Shown: positions 8,554 to 15,979 of the stretch, one piece after another
Numbering within the stretch: the stretch's first letter is position 1
Layout: the number at the start of each line of letters is the position of its first letter
Assembly (NCBI GenBank): GCA_049602735.1
Contig: JBMYRW010000007.1
Location: 4,370-68,369, forward strand
Source: Thermoplasmatota archaeon
GTDB lineage: Archaea > Thermoplasmatota > E2 > JACPAO01 > JAHFTW01
Direction: 5' to 3'
DNA length: 64,000 bases
Notes under the pieces: model-generated
Told to the model about the DNA's origin: nothing
Databases searched by the model: none
The model's input: the letters and a program-made list of their open reading frames with translations, nothing else
Translations under genes and position numbers: made by a program

Positions 8554-8731
8554 ACGGGTCGAAGGTGGTGGCATGACCCGGCCGCGGGCGGCTGGTCAAA
8601 GCGCCCGTCGGCAACCCCCATGACACGGCCAAAGGCAGAAGCGTTGGCTCTGCACAGAACCCGCACACCCGCACCCGCCACTCGGCCCCTGTTGCGGCGC
8701 CTTCTTGAGGGGCACCCGCCTGCGCGGCTTG

Positions 8732-9874
8732 ATGCAGTTCGAGCTGACCGACGACCAGCGCATGATCCGCGACATGGTGCGCGAGTTCGCCGAGAAGGAG
8801 ATCATGCCCGTGGCCTCCAAGCACGACCACGAGCACACCTTCCCTGAAGCGACCGCCAAGCGCATGGGCGAACTGGGCCTCCTGGGCATCACGGTGCCTG
8901 AACAGTACGGCGGCCCCGGAGCCGACTACATCAGTTTCGCCGTCGTCGCCGAAGAGATCGCACGCGCCTGTGCGAGCCATTCGGTCATCTTCGGCGCCTG
9001 CGCCAGTCTCACCGTGAGCCCCATCCTCAACTGGGGCAACGAGGAGCAGAAGCAGGAATGGCTGCCGAAGCTCGCCAGCGGCGGCGCCATGGGCTGCTAC
9101 GCCCTCACCGAGCCCACCGCGGGCAGCGACGCCGGCAGTCTCCTCACGAAGGCCACCCGCGACGGCGACGAATACGTCCTGAGCGGCCAGAAGGTCTACA
9201 TCTCCAACGGCGCCGTGGCCGATGTCTGCATCGCCTTCGCCCGCACCGACCCCGACTCCAAGGACGCCCGCGGCGTCTCGGCCTTCATCGTCCCCACGGA
9301 CACGGAAGGCTTCCGCGTCGGCAAGAACGAAGAGAAGATGGGCCTCAACGCCTCCTACACGAACCAGATCTTCTTCGAGGATGTCCGCATCCCTGCCGAG
9401 AACATCCTTGGCAAGGAAGGCGACGGCTTCAAGGTCGCCATGAGCACCCTTGACGTCGGCCGCATCATGGCCGCCAGCGGCTCCACCGGCATCGCCCGCG
9501 CCGCCATGGAGGACTCCATCGCCTACGCCAAGGAGCGCGTCCAGTTCGGCGTGCCCATCGCGTCCCATCAGGCGATCCAGTGGAAGCTGGCCAACATGGA
9601 CGTCAACATCGCCGCGGCGCGCCAGCTCTACCTGAAGGCCGCCTGGCTCAAGGACCAGGGCAAGCCGTTCACGGTGGAAGCCAGCCGCGCCAAGCTGTTC
9701 GCCAGTGAGATGGCCATGGATGCCACCCTGGATGGCGTGCAGATCCACGGCGGCAACGGCTACACCAAGGACTACAACGTGGAGCGCTACGTCCGCGACA
9801 TCAAGATCTTCGAGATCTTCGAAGGCACCAGCGAAGTACAGCGGATGGTCATCGCGCGTTCGCTGCTCTCCTGA
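8732..9874 (+). CDS. Acyl-CoA dehydrogenase (short/branched-chain type)
   Basis: MQFELTDDQRMIRDMVREFAEKE..., YALTEPTAGSD, and the C-terminal IFEGTSEVQRMVIAR signature. The start is placed at ATG 8732 rather than the track start at 8705. Confidence 0.9.
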   Translation: MQFELTDDQRMIRDMVREFAEKEIMPVASKHDHEHTFPEATAKRMGELGLLGITVPEQYGGPGADYISFAVVAEEIARACASHSVIFGACASLTVSPILNWGNEEQKQEWLPKLASGGAMGCYALTEPTAGSDAGSLLTKATRDGDEYVLSGQKVYISNGAVADVCIAFARTDPDSKDARGVSAFIVPTDTEGFRVGKNEEKMGLNASYTNQIFFEDVRIPAENILGKEGDGFKVAMSTLDVGRIMAASGSTGIARAAMEDSIAYAKERVQFGVPIASHQAIQWKLANMDVNIAAARQLYLKAAWLKDQGKPFTVEASRAKLFASEMAMDATLDGVQIHGGNGYTKDYNVERYVRDIKIFEIFEGTSEVQRMVIARSLLS

Positions 9875-9989
9875 GCGTGGCTGCCGCCAGCGGGACCAGG
9901 CCGCGCGTGGCCCTCTCGCCTTCCGTGGTGATGATGCGGTCTGGCATCACGCTGGTCACTCTGGCGTTGTTCTGGCCGGCATCTGGCTC

Positions 9990-10226
9990 TTGTTCTCGGA
10001 CCCTACGGCGATCGATCACCCTGCGGTGATCATCTTCTGGTTGACGCCGCTGGGTACCGGACTGGCGCTCATCGTGGCTCCGGCTGCTTGCCTGGTGGGG
10101 CTCGTCCTTCATGCCCTGGGCCGTGGGCGCGTCCGCCTCGTCACGGCGGGGCTGGCCGCGTGCACGGTCCTGCTGCCCGGGTCATGGTGGATCTGGGCGC
10201 TCAACAGTCCACCTCCGGGCATCTGA
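9990..10226 (+). CDS. Possible small membrane protein (start unresolved)
   Basis: Hydrophobic reading frame (AVIIFWLTPLGTGLALIVAPAACLVGLVL...AACTVLLPGSWWIWAL) downstream of the acyl-CoA dehydrogenase. There is only a TTG candidate start, and a competing 32-codon hydrophobic ORF lies at 9931..10029 in another frame. Confidence 0.25.
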   Translation: MFSDPTAIDHPAVIIFWLTPLGTGLALIVAPAACLVGLVLHALGRGRVRLVTAGLAACTVLLPGSWWIWALNSPPPGI

Positions 10227-10351
10227 TCGTGGCCTGGCGGCCCTCATCGCAGCCGCCATCGGGGGTGGTTGGCCCGGTGCCGGAGCCGGACCTCCAACAT
10301 GTTCATCTGGAATGGACAGGTCCATGGTCTGAGCTTCTGCTCGTGATGACC

Positions 10352-10609
10352 ATGAAACGCGTCACCCTCCTGGTTGCTGCCAGTCTTCTGACCGCCCTCC
10401 TTCTCGTTCCCGCCCCCGCGGCCGCCACCGCGCCCGTGACGGTCGAGCCCTGTCACGGCCCCAGTGGCTCCCAAAGCCATGGGGTCTACCTGAACGGGGT
10501 GCTCTTGGTTTGCGCGGCGCTCTTCACGTACGTCGGTGAATGTGAGGGCTTCCATGGCTCCGGCGTGGGGCTCTACGTCAACGGCCGCGAGGTCTTCTGC
10601 ATCCATTAG
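10352..10609 (+). CDS. Small secreted Cys-rich protein, family A paralog 1
   Basis: MKRVTLLVAASLLTALLLVPAPAAATA signal peptide. The mature part is about 58 aa with 4 Cys and a C-terminal GLYVNGREVFCIH. It shares the A-family pattern with the next two genes. Confidence 0.75.
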   Translation: MKRVTLLVAASLLTALLLVPAPAAATAPVTVEPCHGPSGSQSHGVYLNGVLLVCAALFTYVGECEGFHGSGVGLYVNGREVFCIH

Positions 10610-10618
10610 AGGTGGACC

Positions 10619-10870
10619 ATGAAGGCTCTCCTCTACGCGACGACGCTCGCCTGCGCCCTTCTGCTGCTACCTGCGGCCCCTACTTCGGCCGCTCCCCTGG
10701 AGGTCAAGGACTGTCCGGCGCCGCCGGGCATGTACGGGACCGGCGTCTATTGGCAAGGGTTCATGCTGGTCTGCGTGCCCTCGCCGGCCAAGGTCGACGA
10801 ATGCCGCGGCTTCCATGGTCCCGGCATCGGCCTGTACGCCAACGGCCGCGAGGTCTTCTGCATCCATTGA
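10619..10870 (+). CDS. Small secreted Cys-rich protein, family A paralog 2
   Basis: Signal peptide MKALLYATTLACALLLLPAAPTSAA and a mature part APLEVKDCPAPPG..GVYWQG..VC...ECRGFHGPGIGLYANGREVFCIH. GGTGG lies 3 nt upstream of the ATG, which is 9 nt after the previous stop. Confidence 0.8.
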   Translation: MKALLYATTLACALLLLPAAPTSAAPLEVKDCPAPPGMYGTGVYWQGFMLVCVPSPAKVDECRGFHGPGIGLYANGREVFCIH

Positions 10871-10877
10871 GGTGAAC

Positions 10878-11129
10878 ATGAAGGGACGAATCCTCGCCAC
10901 GTGCATGGCACTCTTCATCGTGGGTCTTGCCCCTGCAACCCATGCCTCTGCACCGGTGGAAGTCCGTGAATGTCCGGCCCCTCTGGGCTCGTATGGCATC
11001 GGCGTCTACTGGAACGGCAACCAGATGGCCTGCGTTCCGCTGGATGTCTATGTTCGCCAATGTGCCGGCCATCCCAGTGCTGGCTACGAACTGGTGGTGT
11101 TCGGTCGCGGCATGGGCTGCATCCACTGA
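10878..11129 (+). CDS. Small secreted Cys-rich protein, family A paralog 3
   Basis: MKGRILATCMALFIVGLAPATHASA signal peptide and a mature part APVEVRECPAPLG..GVYWNG..AC...QCAGH...GRGMGCIH. GGTGA lies 2 nt upstream of the ATG, which is 7 nt after the previous stop. Confidence 0.8.
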   Translation: MKGRILATCMALFIVGLAPATHASAPVEVRECPAPLGSYGIGVYWNGNQMACVPLDVYVRQCAGHPSAGYELVVFGRGMGCIH

Positions 11130-11135
11130 ACCGAG

Positions 11136-11168
11136 CCTCCTCGATGTCCCTCCTCCCCCTTCTGTTTT
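11136..11168 (+). terminator. CT-rich tract after the family A operon
   Basis: cctcctcgatgtccctcctcccccttctgtttt lies immediately downstream of the third paralog. Confidence 0.35.
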
Positions 11169-11192
11169 GAACGCCATCCGGCTCGCCGAGGC

Positions 11193-12182
11193 GTGCACGC
11201 CGGCGTACCCCTGGCCACCGAATCCCGCAGCGGTCGCATCGAGGCGGTCCATCAGGGTCACGCGGTCCTGTTGGCGCCGGATGGCACGGTGGCTGCATCG
11301 TGGGGCGACCCGGAGCTGGCGACGTACTGGCGTAGCAGCGCCAAGCCGATCCAGGTGCTCACGTTCCTCGCGGCCGGCGGCCCGGGCGCGATCGGGCTCC
11401 CGGACGATGAGGTGGTTGCCCTCGCCTGCGCCAGCCATTCGACGCAGCAGCGCCACCTGGACCTGAGCCGTCGTTTCCTTGCGGCGGCGGGGCTGGTGGA
11501 GGCCGACTACGGTTGCGGCGGCCACGAACCGATCGGGCCGGGCGGGGTCCCGGGCCCGTGGTCGGCGGTCCATAACAACTGCTCCGGCAAGCACGCGGCC
11601 ATGCTGGCGGCGTGTCGGTTGCGTGGATGGCCGACTGAAGGATACCTGGACCCGCACCACCCGATCCAGCAGGCCATCCTGGCCGACGTGGCACGTCTCA
11701 CCGGCCGCGACGCGGCGTCCATCGAGGTGGGCGTGGACGGTTGCCGGGCGCCGACGTTCTGGTTGTCGCCCTTGGACCTGGCGCGGGCGTTCCAGCGCCT
11801 CGACCAGGAGCCAGTCGGGCAGCGCGTCTTCGATGCCATGGCCCTGTGGCCGGTGCTGGTCGGCGGCGAGGGGCGTTTCTGCACGGCGTTGCCCCGCGCG
11901 ACCCGCGGTGATGTGGTGGGCAAGGTGGGGGCCATGGGGCTCTACGTCGCCCTCCACCGACCCACGGGAGCTGCGCTGGCGGTCAAGGTCACCTCCGGGC
12001 CCCGCATGCCGGTGCAGGAATCGGTGGCGTGCGCGCTGGCGGAGGCGGCGGGGTGGCTGGACGACGACGCACGCTCGGCGCTGGCACCGTTCCAGCGGCA
12101 GGTCCTGATGGATACGCGCGGCTGTCCAGTTGGGGAGCTGGAGCCATCGCTACCGGGCGGCAACCACGTTTCCGGGCCCTGA
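11193..12182 (+). CDS. Asparaginase II family (PF06089-like) protein
   Basis: SRSGRIEAVHQGHAVLLAPDG..., WRSSAKPIQ, CASHS, NNCSGKHAAML and GVDGC are motifs characteristic of the Rhizobium-type asparaginase II family. GTG start. Confidence 0.65.
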   Translation: MHAGVPLATESRSGRIEAVHQGHAVLLAPDGTVAASWGDPELATYWRSSAKPIQVLTFLAAGGPGAIGLPDDEVVALACASHSTQQRHLDLSRRFLAAAGLVEADYGCGGHEPIGPGGVPGPWSAVHNNCSGKHAAMLAACRLRGWPTEGYLDPHHPIQQAILADVARLTGRDAASIEVGVDGCRAPTFWLSPLDLARAFQRLDQEPVGQRVFDAMALWPVLVGGEGRFCTALPRATRGDVVGKVGAMGLYVALHRPTGAALAVKVTSGPRMPVQESVACALAEAAGWLDDDARSALAPFQRQVLMDTRGCPVGELEPSLPGGNHVSGP

Positions 12183-12220
12183 TCAAATGAATTCCGTGCA
12201 CGTGCGTCGATAACCAAACG

Positions 12221-12236
12221 GTTGCGAATCCAACCA
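12221..12236. promoter_or_regulatory. Inverted repeat GGTTG-N6-CAACC upstream of family B paralog 1
   Basis: aaacGGTTGcgaatcCAACC lies about 75-90 nt upstream of ATG 12309 and about 16 nt upstream of a TATA-like cctataac (12252-12259). Confidence 0.45.
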
Positions 12237-12308
12237 ACCCCCTGATGGCTCCCTATAACCGATCGGACCTCGTCAGAGGTCGCCGCACGAGCGGCATGAG
12301 GACCACCA

Positions 12309-12590
12309 ATGAAGACGAAGGCACTCCTGGCTATTGCACTACTTGCGACAACGGCGATCACCGTCGCTCCCCCGGCGGCTGCCCACCATCACTGCGACTC
12401 TCCGTTCAGTGACGTGCGCTACCTCTGCTACTACCTCGTCCACGACCCGTGGCGCGTCGTCTGCGACCAGATCAAGAAATACGTCGGGCCGGATCTTTGC
12501 TGGCTCGTCCCAAGCTTGACGGATGGAGCCCATCTCGCGGAATTGGAGCTGATCCAAAGCCCCATTGAAGGGTCGTCTCCTCAAGGGTAG
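12309..12590 (+). CDS. Small secreted Cys-rich protein, family B paralog 1
   Basis: Signal peptide MKTKALLAIALLATTAITVAPPAAA, then HHHCD...YLC...WRVVCDQIKKYVGPDLCW (4 Cys) and a variable tail. Confidence 0.8.
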   Translation: MKTKALLAIALLATTAITVAPPAAAHHHCDSPFSDVRYLCYYLVHDPWRVVCDQIKKYVGPDLCWLVPSLTDGAHLAELELIQSPIEGSSPQG

Positions 12591-12599
12591 CACGAACAT

Positions 12600-12627
12600 C
12601 ATCTCTTTTCCTTCCTTTCTTTTTTAT
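12600..12627 (+). terminator. T/C-rich tract after family B paralog 1
   Basis: catctcttttccttcctttcttttttat includes a T6 run, consistent with archaeal oligo-T termination. Confidence 0.45.
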
Positions 12628-12706
12628 CAATCGTGCAGGCAGCTAGATCTGCACCACGCCTCACGGCCTCTTCGACTCGACGCCAGGGCTCGCGGAATCG
12701 GAGCAA

Positions 12707-12719
12707 CGGTTCGGAACCG
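12707..12719. promoter_or_regulatory. Perfect palindrome CGGTTC-G-GAACCG upstream of family B paralog 2
   Basis: caaCGGTTCGGAACCGcc lies about 95 nt upstream of ATG 12813. A second inverted repeat GGTTT-N6-AAACC lies at 12723-12738. Confidence 0.5.
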
Positions 12720-12812
12720 CCTGGTTTTCGTACAAACCGAAGCTAGTATGGTATCTCAAATGTTGGATGGACTAGGTCGGATCGCTGCGGAAACGTAGCA
12801 GGATCGAACACC

Positions 12813-13079
12813 ATGAAATCCACCATGATTCTCGTATTGGGTCTGCTCTTGGCCACCCTAGGGCCCGCGAACCTAGGCTCCGCAGGCCACAACTGCGATC
12901 TGGAGAACCGGGACTTGGACTACGTCTGCGACAACTACCATTCTCCTGGAGGAATGACCTGCATCTGGATCAAGCACTACGTAGGGCCGGACCTGTGTTG
13001 GTTGCTCCATGAATGGTTCTTTGCCATTGGAGCCGATCTTGAGCCTACGCAACAGATTGCTGCCGGCCAACTTGACTGA
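12813..13079 (+). CDS. Small secreted Cys-rich protein, family B paralog 2
   Basis: Signal peptide MKSTMILVLGLLLATLGPANLGSA, then GHNCD...YVC...MTCIWIKHYVGPDLCW (4 Cys). Confidence 0.8.
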   Translation: MKSTMILVLGLLLATLGPANLGSAGHNCDLENRDLDYVCDNYHSPGGMTCIWIKHYVGPDLCWLLHEWFFAIGADLEPTQQIAAGQLD

Positions 13080-13103
13080 GTCGGCTGCACCCGGCCCCCA
13101 CGT

Positions 13104-13150
13104 CGCTTCTCGTTTTCCCCTCCATCGCCCTCGTTTCTTCGACCTCTTCT
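13104..13150 (+). terminator. CT-rich tract after family B paralog 2
   Basis: cgcttctcgttttcccctccatcgccctcgtttcttcgacctcttct. Confidence 0.4.
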
Positions 13151-13256
13151 GGAGGTTTCCGGCGATCGTCTGATCCGATGCTTATGAGCTGGTCCCGAAC
13201 CCACGGTTCTGCTGATGTTTCTCAGTAGAGCGATGGCTCCTACACTGATCAGAAAC

Positions 13257-13277
13257 GGTTCGGTTGTTCCACGAACC
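13257..13277. promoter_or_regulatory. Inverted repeat GGTTCG-N9-CGAACC upstream of family B paralog 3
   Basis: gaaacGGTTCGgttgttccaCGAACC lies about 75-90 nt upstream of ATG 13349. An additional GAACC-CAC-GGTTC lies at 13197-13209, and the direct repeat ccattggacag occurs at 13280-13290 and 13330-13340. Confidence 0.45.
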
Positions 13278-13348
13278 AGCCATTGGACAGTGGCTTAACC
13301 CTGGAACAGATTTCCGTCTCCTTGTCCCCCATTGGACAGGAACGAACC

Positions 13349-13648
13349 ATGAAGACGATGATGATCCTGATGACACTGATCGCGGCCTCCGCGATGATCC
13401 CGACCGCGCAGGCGGACCACGCGTGCCCCGACCCCGGCACCGACCGTGAATACATCTGTGAGAACATGCACACTCCTTGGAGGATCGTGTGCGATCAGAT
13501 CAAGAAGTACGTCGGTCCGAGCCTGTGCTGGATCTTCGGGGATCTCGAACATGAGGCCCAGACGGCGCTGTTCTCCGCGGCCGCTGGCGCCGAGTTCATC
13601 GATTTCCTGGGCGCCTCCGATTCGGATTCGTTCGAATCTCAAGCCTAG
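13349..13648 (+). CDS. Small secreted Cys-rich protein, family B paralog 3
   Basis: Signal peptide MKTMMILMTLIAASAMIPTAQA, then DHACP...YIC...WRIVCDQIKKYVGPSLCW (4 Cys) and an acidic tail. The start is taken at internal ATG 13349 of track ORF 13283..13648. Confidence 0.8.
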   Translation: MKTMMILMTLIAASAMIPTAQADHACPDPGTDREYICENMHTPWRIVCDQIKKYVGPSLCWIFGDLEHEAQTALFSAAAGAEFIDFLGASDSDSFESQA

Positions 13649-13741
13649 GCCTTGTAGGTAGGGGCTTCCCGATGCCGACGTAGCGCGGCTTCGGGGGCCT
13701 CTTCCCTTGCGGGTTAAGTGGCCTGCGGGTCTGGCCGCATC

Positions 13742-15979
13742 ATGGCCCTGGCAGACCTCGGCATGGACCCCCGCGTGGCGGCTGTGCTGGAAGACCAGGG
13801 CATCCAGGAGTTGTACCCGCCCCAGGTGGAGGCGTGGCAGGCGCTGCGTGGAGGCGGCAACGTCCTGGTGGCGGTGCCGACGGCGTCCGGCAAGAGCCTC
13901 GTGGCGTACCTGGCGATCCTGCACCGTTGGCTGGCGACGGGGAAGAAGGCGCTCTACATCGTGCCCTTGCGGGCGCTGGCGTCGGAGAAGCACGAAGAGC
14001 TGCAGGCGTTCAAGGAGCTCGGCCTCAAGGTGGGCCTCGCGACGGGCGACCTGGACGAGCGGGACCCGCGCCTCGGTCGCTTCGATGTCATCGTCTGCAC
14101 CTCCGAGAAGGCGGACAGCCTGCTGCGCCACCGCACGTCGTGGGTGGATGACATCGGCTGCGTGGTGGCGGACGAGCTCCACCTCATCCATGAGCCCAAG
14201 CGCGGCCCGACGCTGGAGGTGATCCTCAGCCGCTTCCGTGGCCTGCTGCCGGATGCCCAGATCGTCGGCCTTTCTGCCACGGTCACCAACGCGGCGCAGG
14301 TGGCCCGCTGGCTCGGCGCCGACCTCGTCCATTCCACGTGGCGCCCCGTCGACCTGCGCCTGGCGACGTACCACGGCAACGCCCTGGAGTTCTGGCAGCC
14401 CCACGGCGAGAAACGGGAGCTGGAAGCGGGCGGCGACCCCGTGGTGGGACTCGTGGAGGACGCCATCGACCAAGGCGGCCAGGCCCTGGTGTTCGTGAGC
14501 ACCCGGCGATCGGCCGAGGCCCAGGCGAAGCGCCTTGCCGGCCCGGTCGCCGCCAAGCTCAACGCCGAAGAACTGGCGGCGCTGGAAGAGGCCGTCGGGG
14601 AGCTGGCCAAGGGCAGCGGCGACGACGTGCCGTCCAACGTCAAGGCCCTCCAACTCCTGGTCAAGCGCGGCGCCAGCTACCACACGGCGGGACTCGACTC
14701 GGCGCAACGACGCTTCATCGAGGACGCCTTCCGCCGCGGCCTGATCAAGGTCCTGTGCGCCACGCCGACCCTGGCGGCCGGCGTCAACACCCCCGCCCGG
14801 CGGGTCATCATCCGCGACCTGCGGCGCTTCGAGGCCGGCTATGGCAACGTGCCGCTGCCGGTGATGGAGGTGCAGCAGATGATGGGGCGCGCCGGCCGGC
14901 CCCGTTACGACCCCTACGGCGAAGCGGTCCTCTTGGCCAAGAGCGCCGAAGAGCGCGACGCCATCGTCGAGACGTACCTCCTGGGGGAATCGGAGCCGGT
15001 CACGAGCAAGCTGGCCGGCGAAGGGCCCCTGCGCATCCACACGCTGGCCAGCATCGCCGGCGGCTACTGCGCCACCTTCGCCGAGCTGCGCGCCTGGCTG
15101 GAGTCCACCTTCTGGGCCGCCGAGACCGACACGTGGATCCTCGAAGAACGCCTGGAGGACGTGCTCTGGTTCCTGGAGGACAACGGCTTCGTGGAGCGGG
15201 ACGGCGGCCAGCTGCGCGCGACGCTGTTCGGCAAGCGCACCAGCGACCTCTACATCGACCCCGCCTCCGCGCTCCGTCTGCGGGAAGCCCTCGGCTCCGC
15301 CCGGCCCAAGGCGACGGACATGGGCCTGCTGACCGCTGTGGCCGGCTGCCCCGAAGTGTTCCCGCTCTACCTGCGCAAGGCGGACGACTGGGTGCAGGAA
15401 CGCTACTGGGAACTGGAAGGGGAATGGCTCGTGGACGACCGCGACATGGAGGCGGCCATGAGCTTCGCGAAGACCGCGCTGCTGCTGCGGGACTGGATGA
15501 ACGAGGTGCCGCAGCGGGACATGGAGGAACGGTACCAGATCGGCCCCGGCGACGTCCGGCTGCGCCTCGATACCGCGCGCTGGCTCGTCCACGCGTTCCG
15601 TGAACTGGCCCGCGCCTTCCGCGCCGACTGGCAGGCCCACCTGGCCGAGATCGGCGTCCGTCTCGAATCCGGCGTCAAGAAGGAGCTCCTCCCGCTCCTG
15701 AAGCTCCGCAACGTGGGCCGCGTCCGCGCCCGCACCCTCCACGCCGCCGGCTTCCACACGCCGGACGCCCTCAAGGGAGCCCCCGTCGCGCGGCTGGCTG
15801 CCCTCGCTGGGGTCGGCGACCGCATCGCCCGCGACCTCCTGCGCCAAGTGGGCGACGACCCGGATGTGGCGCCCAAGGAGCAGCCCCCCGCTCCGAAGGC
15901 GAACCCGGACGAGGACGACGGGGCCCCGCCCACGCCGGACAACGGTCAAGCCAGTCTGGCACAATGGGGGGGCGCGTGA
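13742..15979 (+). CDS. hel308: Ski2-like DNA helicase Hel308
   Basis: ELYPPQVEAW, Walker A PTASGKS, the DELH box (VVADELHLI), ATPTLAAGVNTPARRV and MMGRAGRP. The N-terminus MALADLG fits Hel308 better than the GTG at 13718. Confidence 0.9.
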   Translation: MALADLGMDPRVAAVLEDQGIQELYPPQVEAWQALRGGGNVLVAVPTASGKSLVAYLAILHRWLATGKKALYIVPLRALASEKHEELQAFKELGLKVGLATGDLDERDPRLGRFDVIVCTSEKADSLLRHRTSWVDDIGCVVADELHLIHEPKRGPTLEVILSRFRGLLPDAQIVGLSATVTNAAQVARWLGADLVHSTWRPVDLRLATYHGNALEFWQPHGEKRELEAGGDPVVGLVEDAIDQGGQALVFVSTRRSAEAQAKRLAGPVAAKLNAEELAALEEAVGELAKGSGDDVPSNVKALQLLVKRGASYHTAGLDSAQRRFIEDAFRRGLIKVLCATPTLAAGVNTPARRVIIRDLRRFEAGYGNVPLPVMEVQQMMGRAGRPRYDPYGEAVLLAKSAEERDAIVETYLLGESEPVTSKLAGEGPLRIHTLASIAGGYCATFAELRAWLESTFWAAETDTWILEERLEDVLWFLEDNGFVERDGGQLRATLFGKRTSDLYIDPASALRLREALGSARPKATDMGLLTAVAGCPEVFPLYLRKADDWVQERYWELEGEWLVDDRDMEAAMSFAKTALLLRDWMNEVPQRDMEERYQIGPGDVRLRLDTARWLVHAFRELARAFRADWQAHLAEIGVRLESGVKKELLPLLKLRNVGRVRARTLHAAGFHTPDALKGAPVARLAALAGVGDRIARDLLRQVGDDPDVAPKEQPPAPKANPDEDDGAPPTPDNGQASLAQWGGA

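Noticed and set aside
8430-8700. RNase P RNA or SRP RNA in the 8.1-8.7 kb gap
   Set aside because: ACAGAACCCG at ~8654 and aggaggctccgggg at ~8509 superficially recall RNase P CR-V and CR-I. The diagnostic GAGGAAAGUCC and GGCUUA elements are absent on both strands. No SRP helix-8 motif (…GGUGA…AGCA…) is seen either.
9931-10029. 32-codon ORF MMRSGITLVTLALFWPASGSCSRTLRRSITLR, competing with the 9990..10226 frame
   Set aside because: Two overlapping hydrophobic frames cannot both be real. Neither has a convincing start or SD, so only the longer one is listed, at low confidence. A frameshifted single gene is possible but not demonstrable here.
10352-13648. Repeated units that might be read as a repeat array or CRISPR-like structure
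   Set aside because: The repeats are protein-coding paralogs (signal peptide plus conserved Cys skeleton, similarity strongest at protein level). Their spacing is irregular, and there are no short identical direct repeats with unique spacers.
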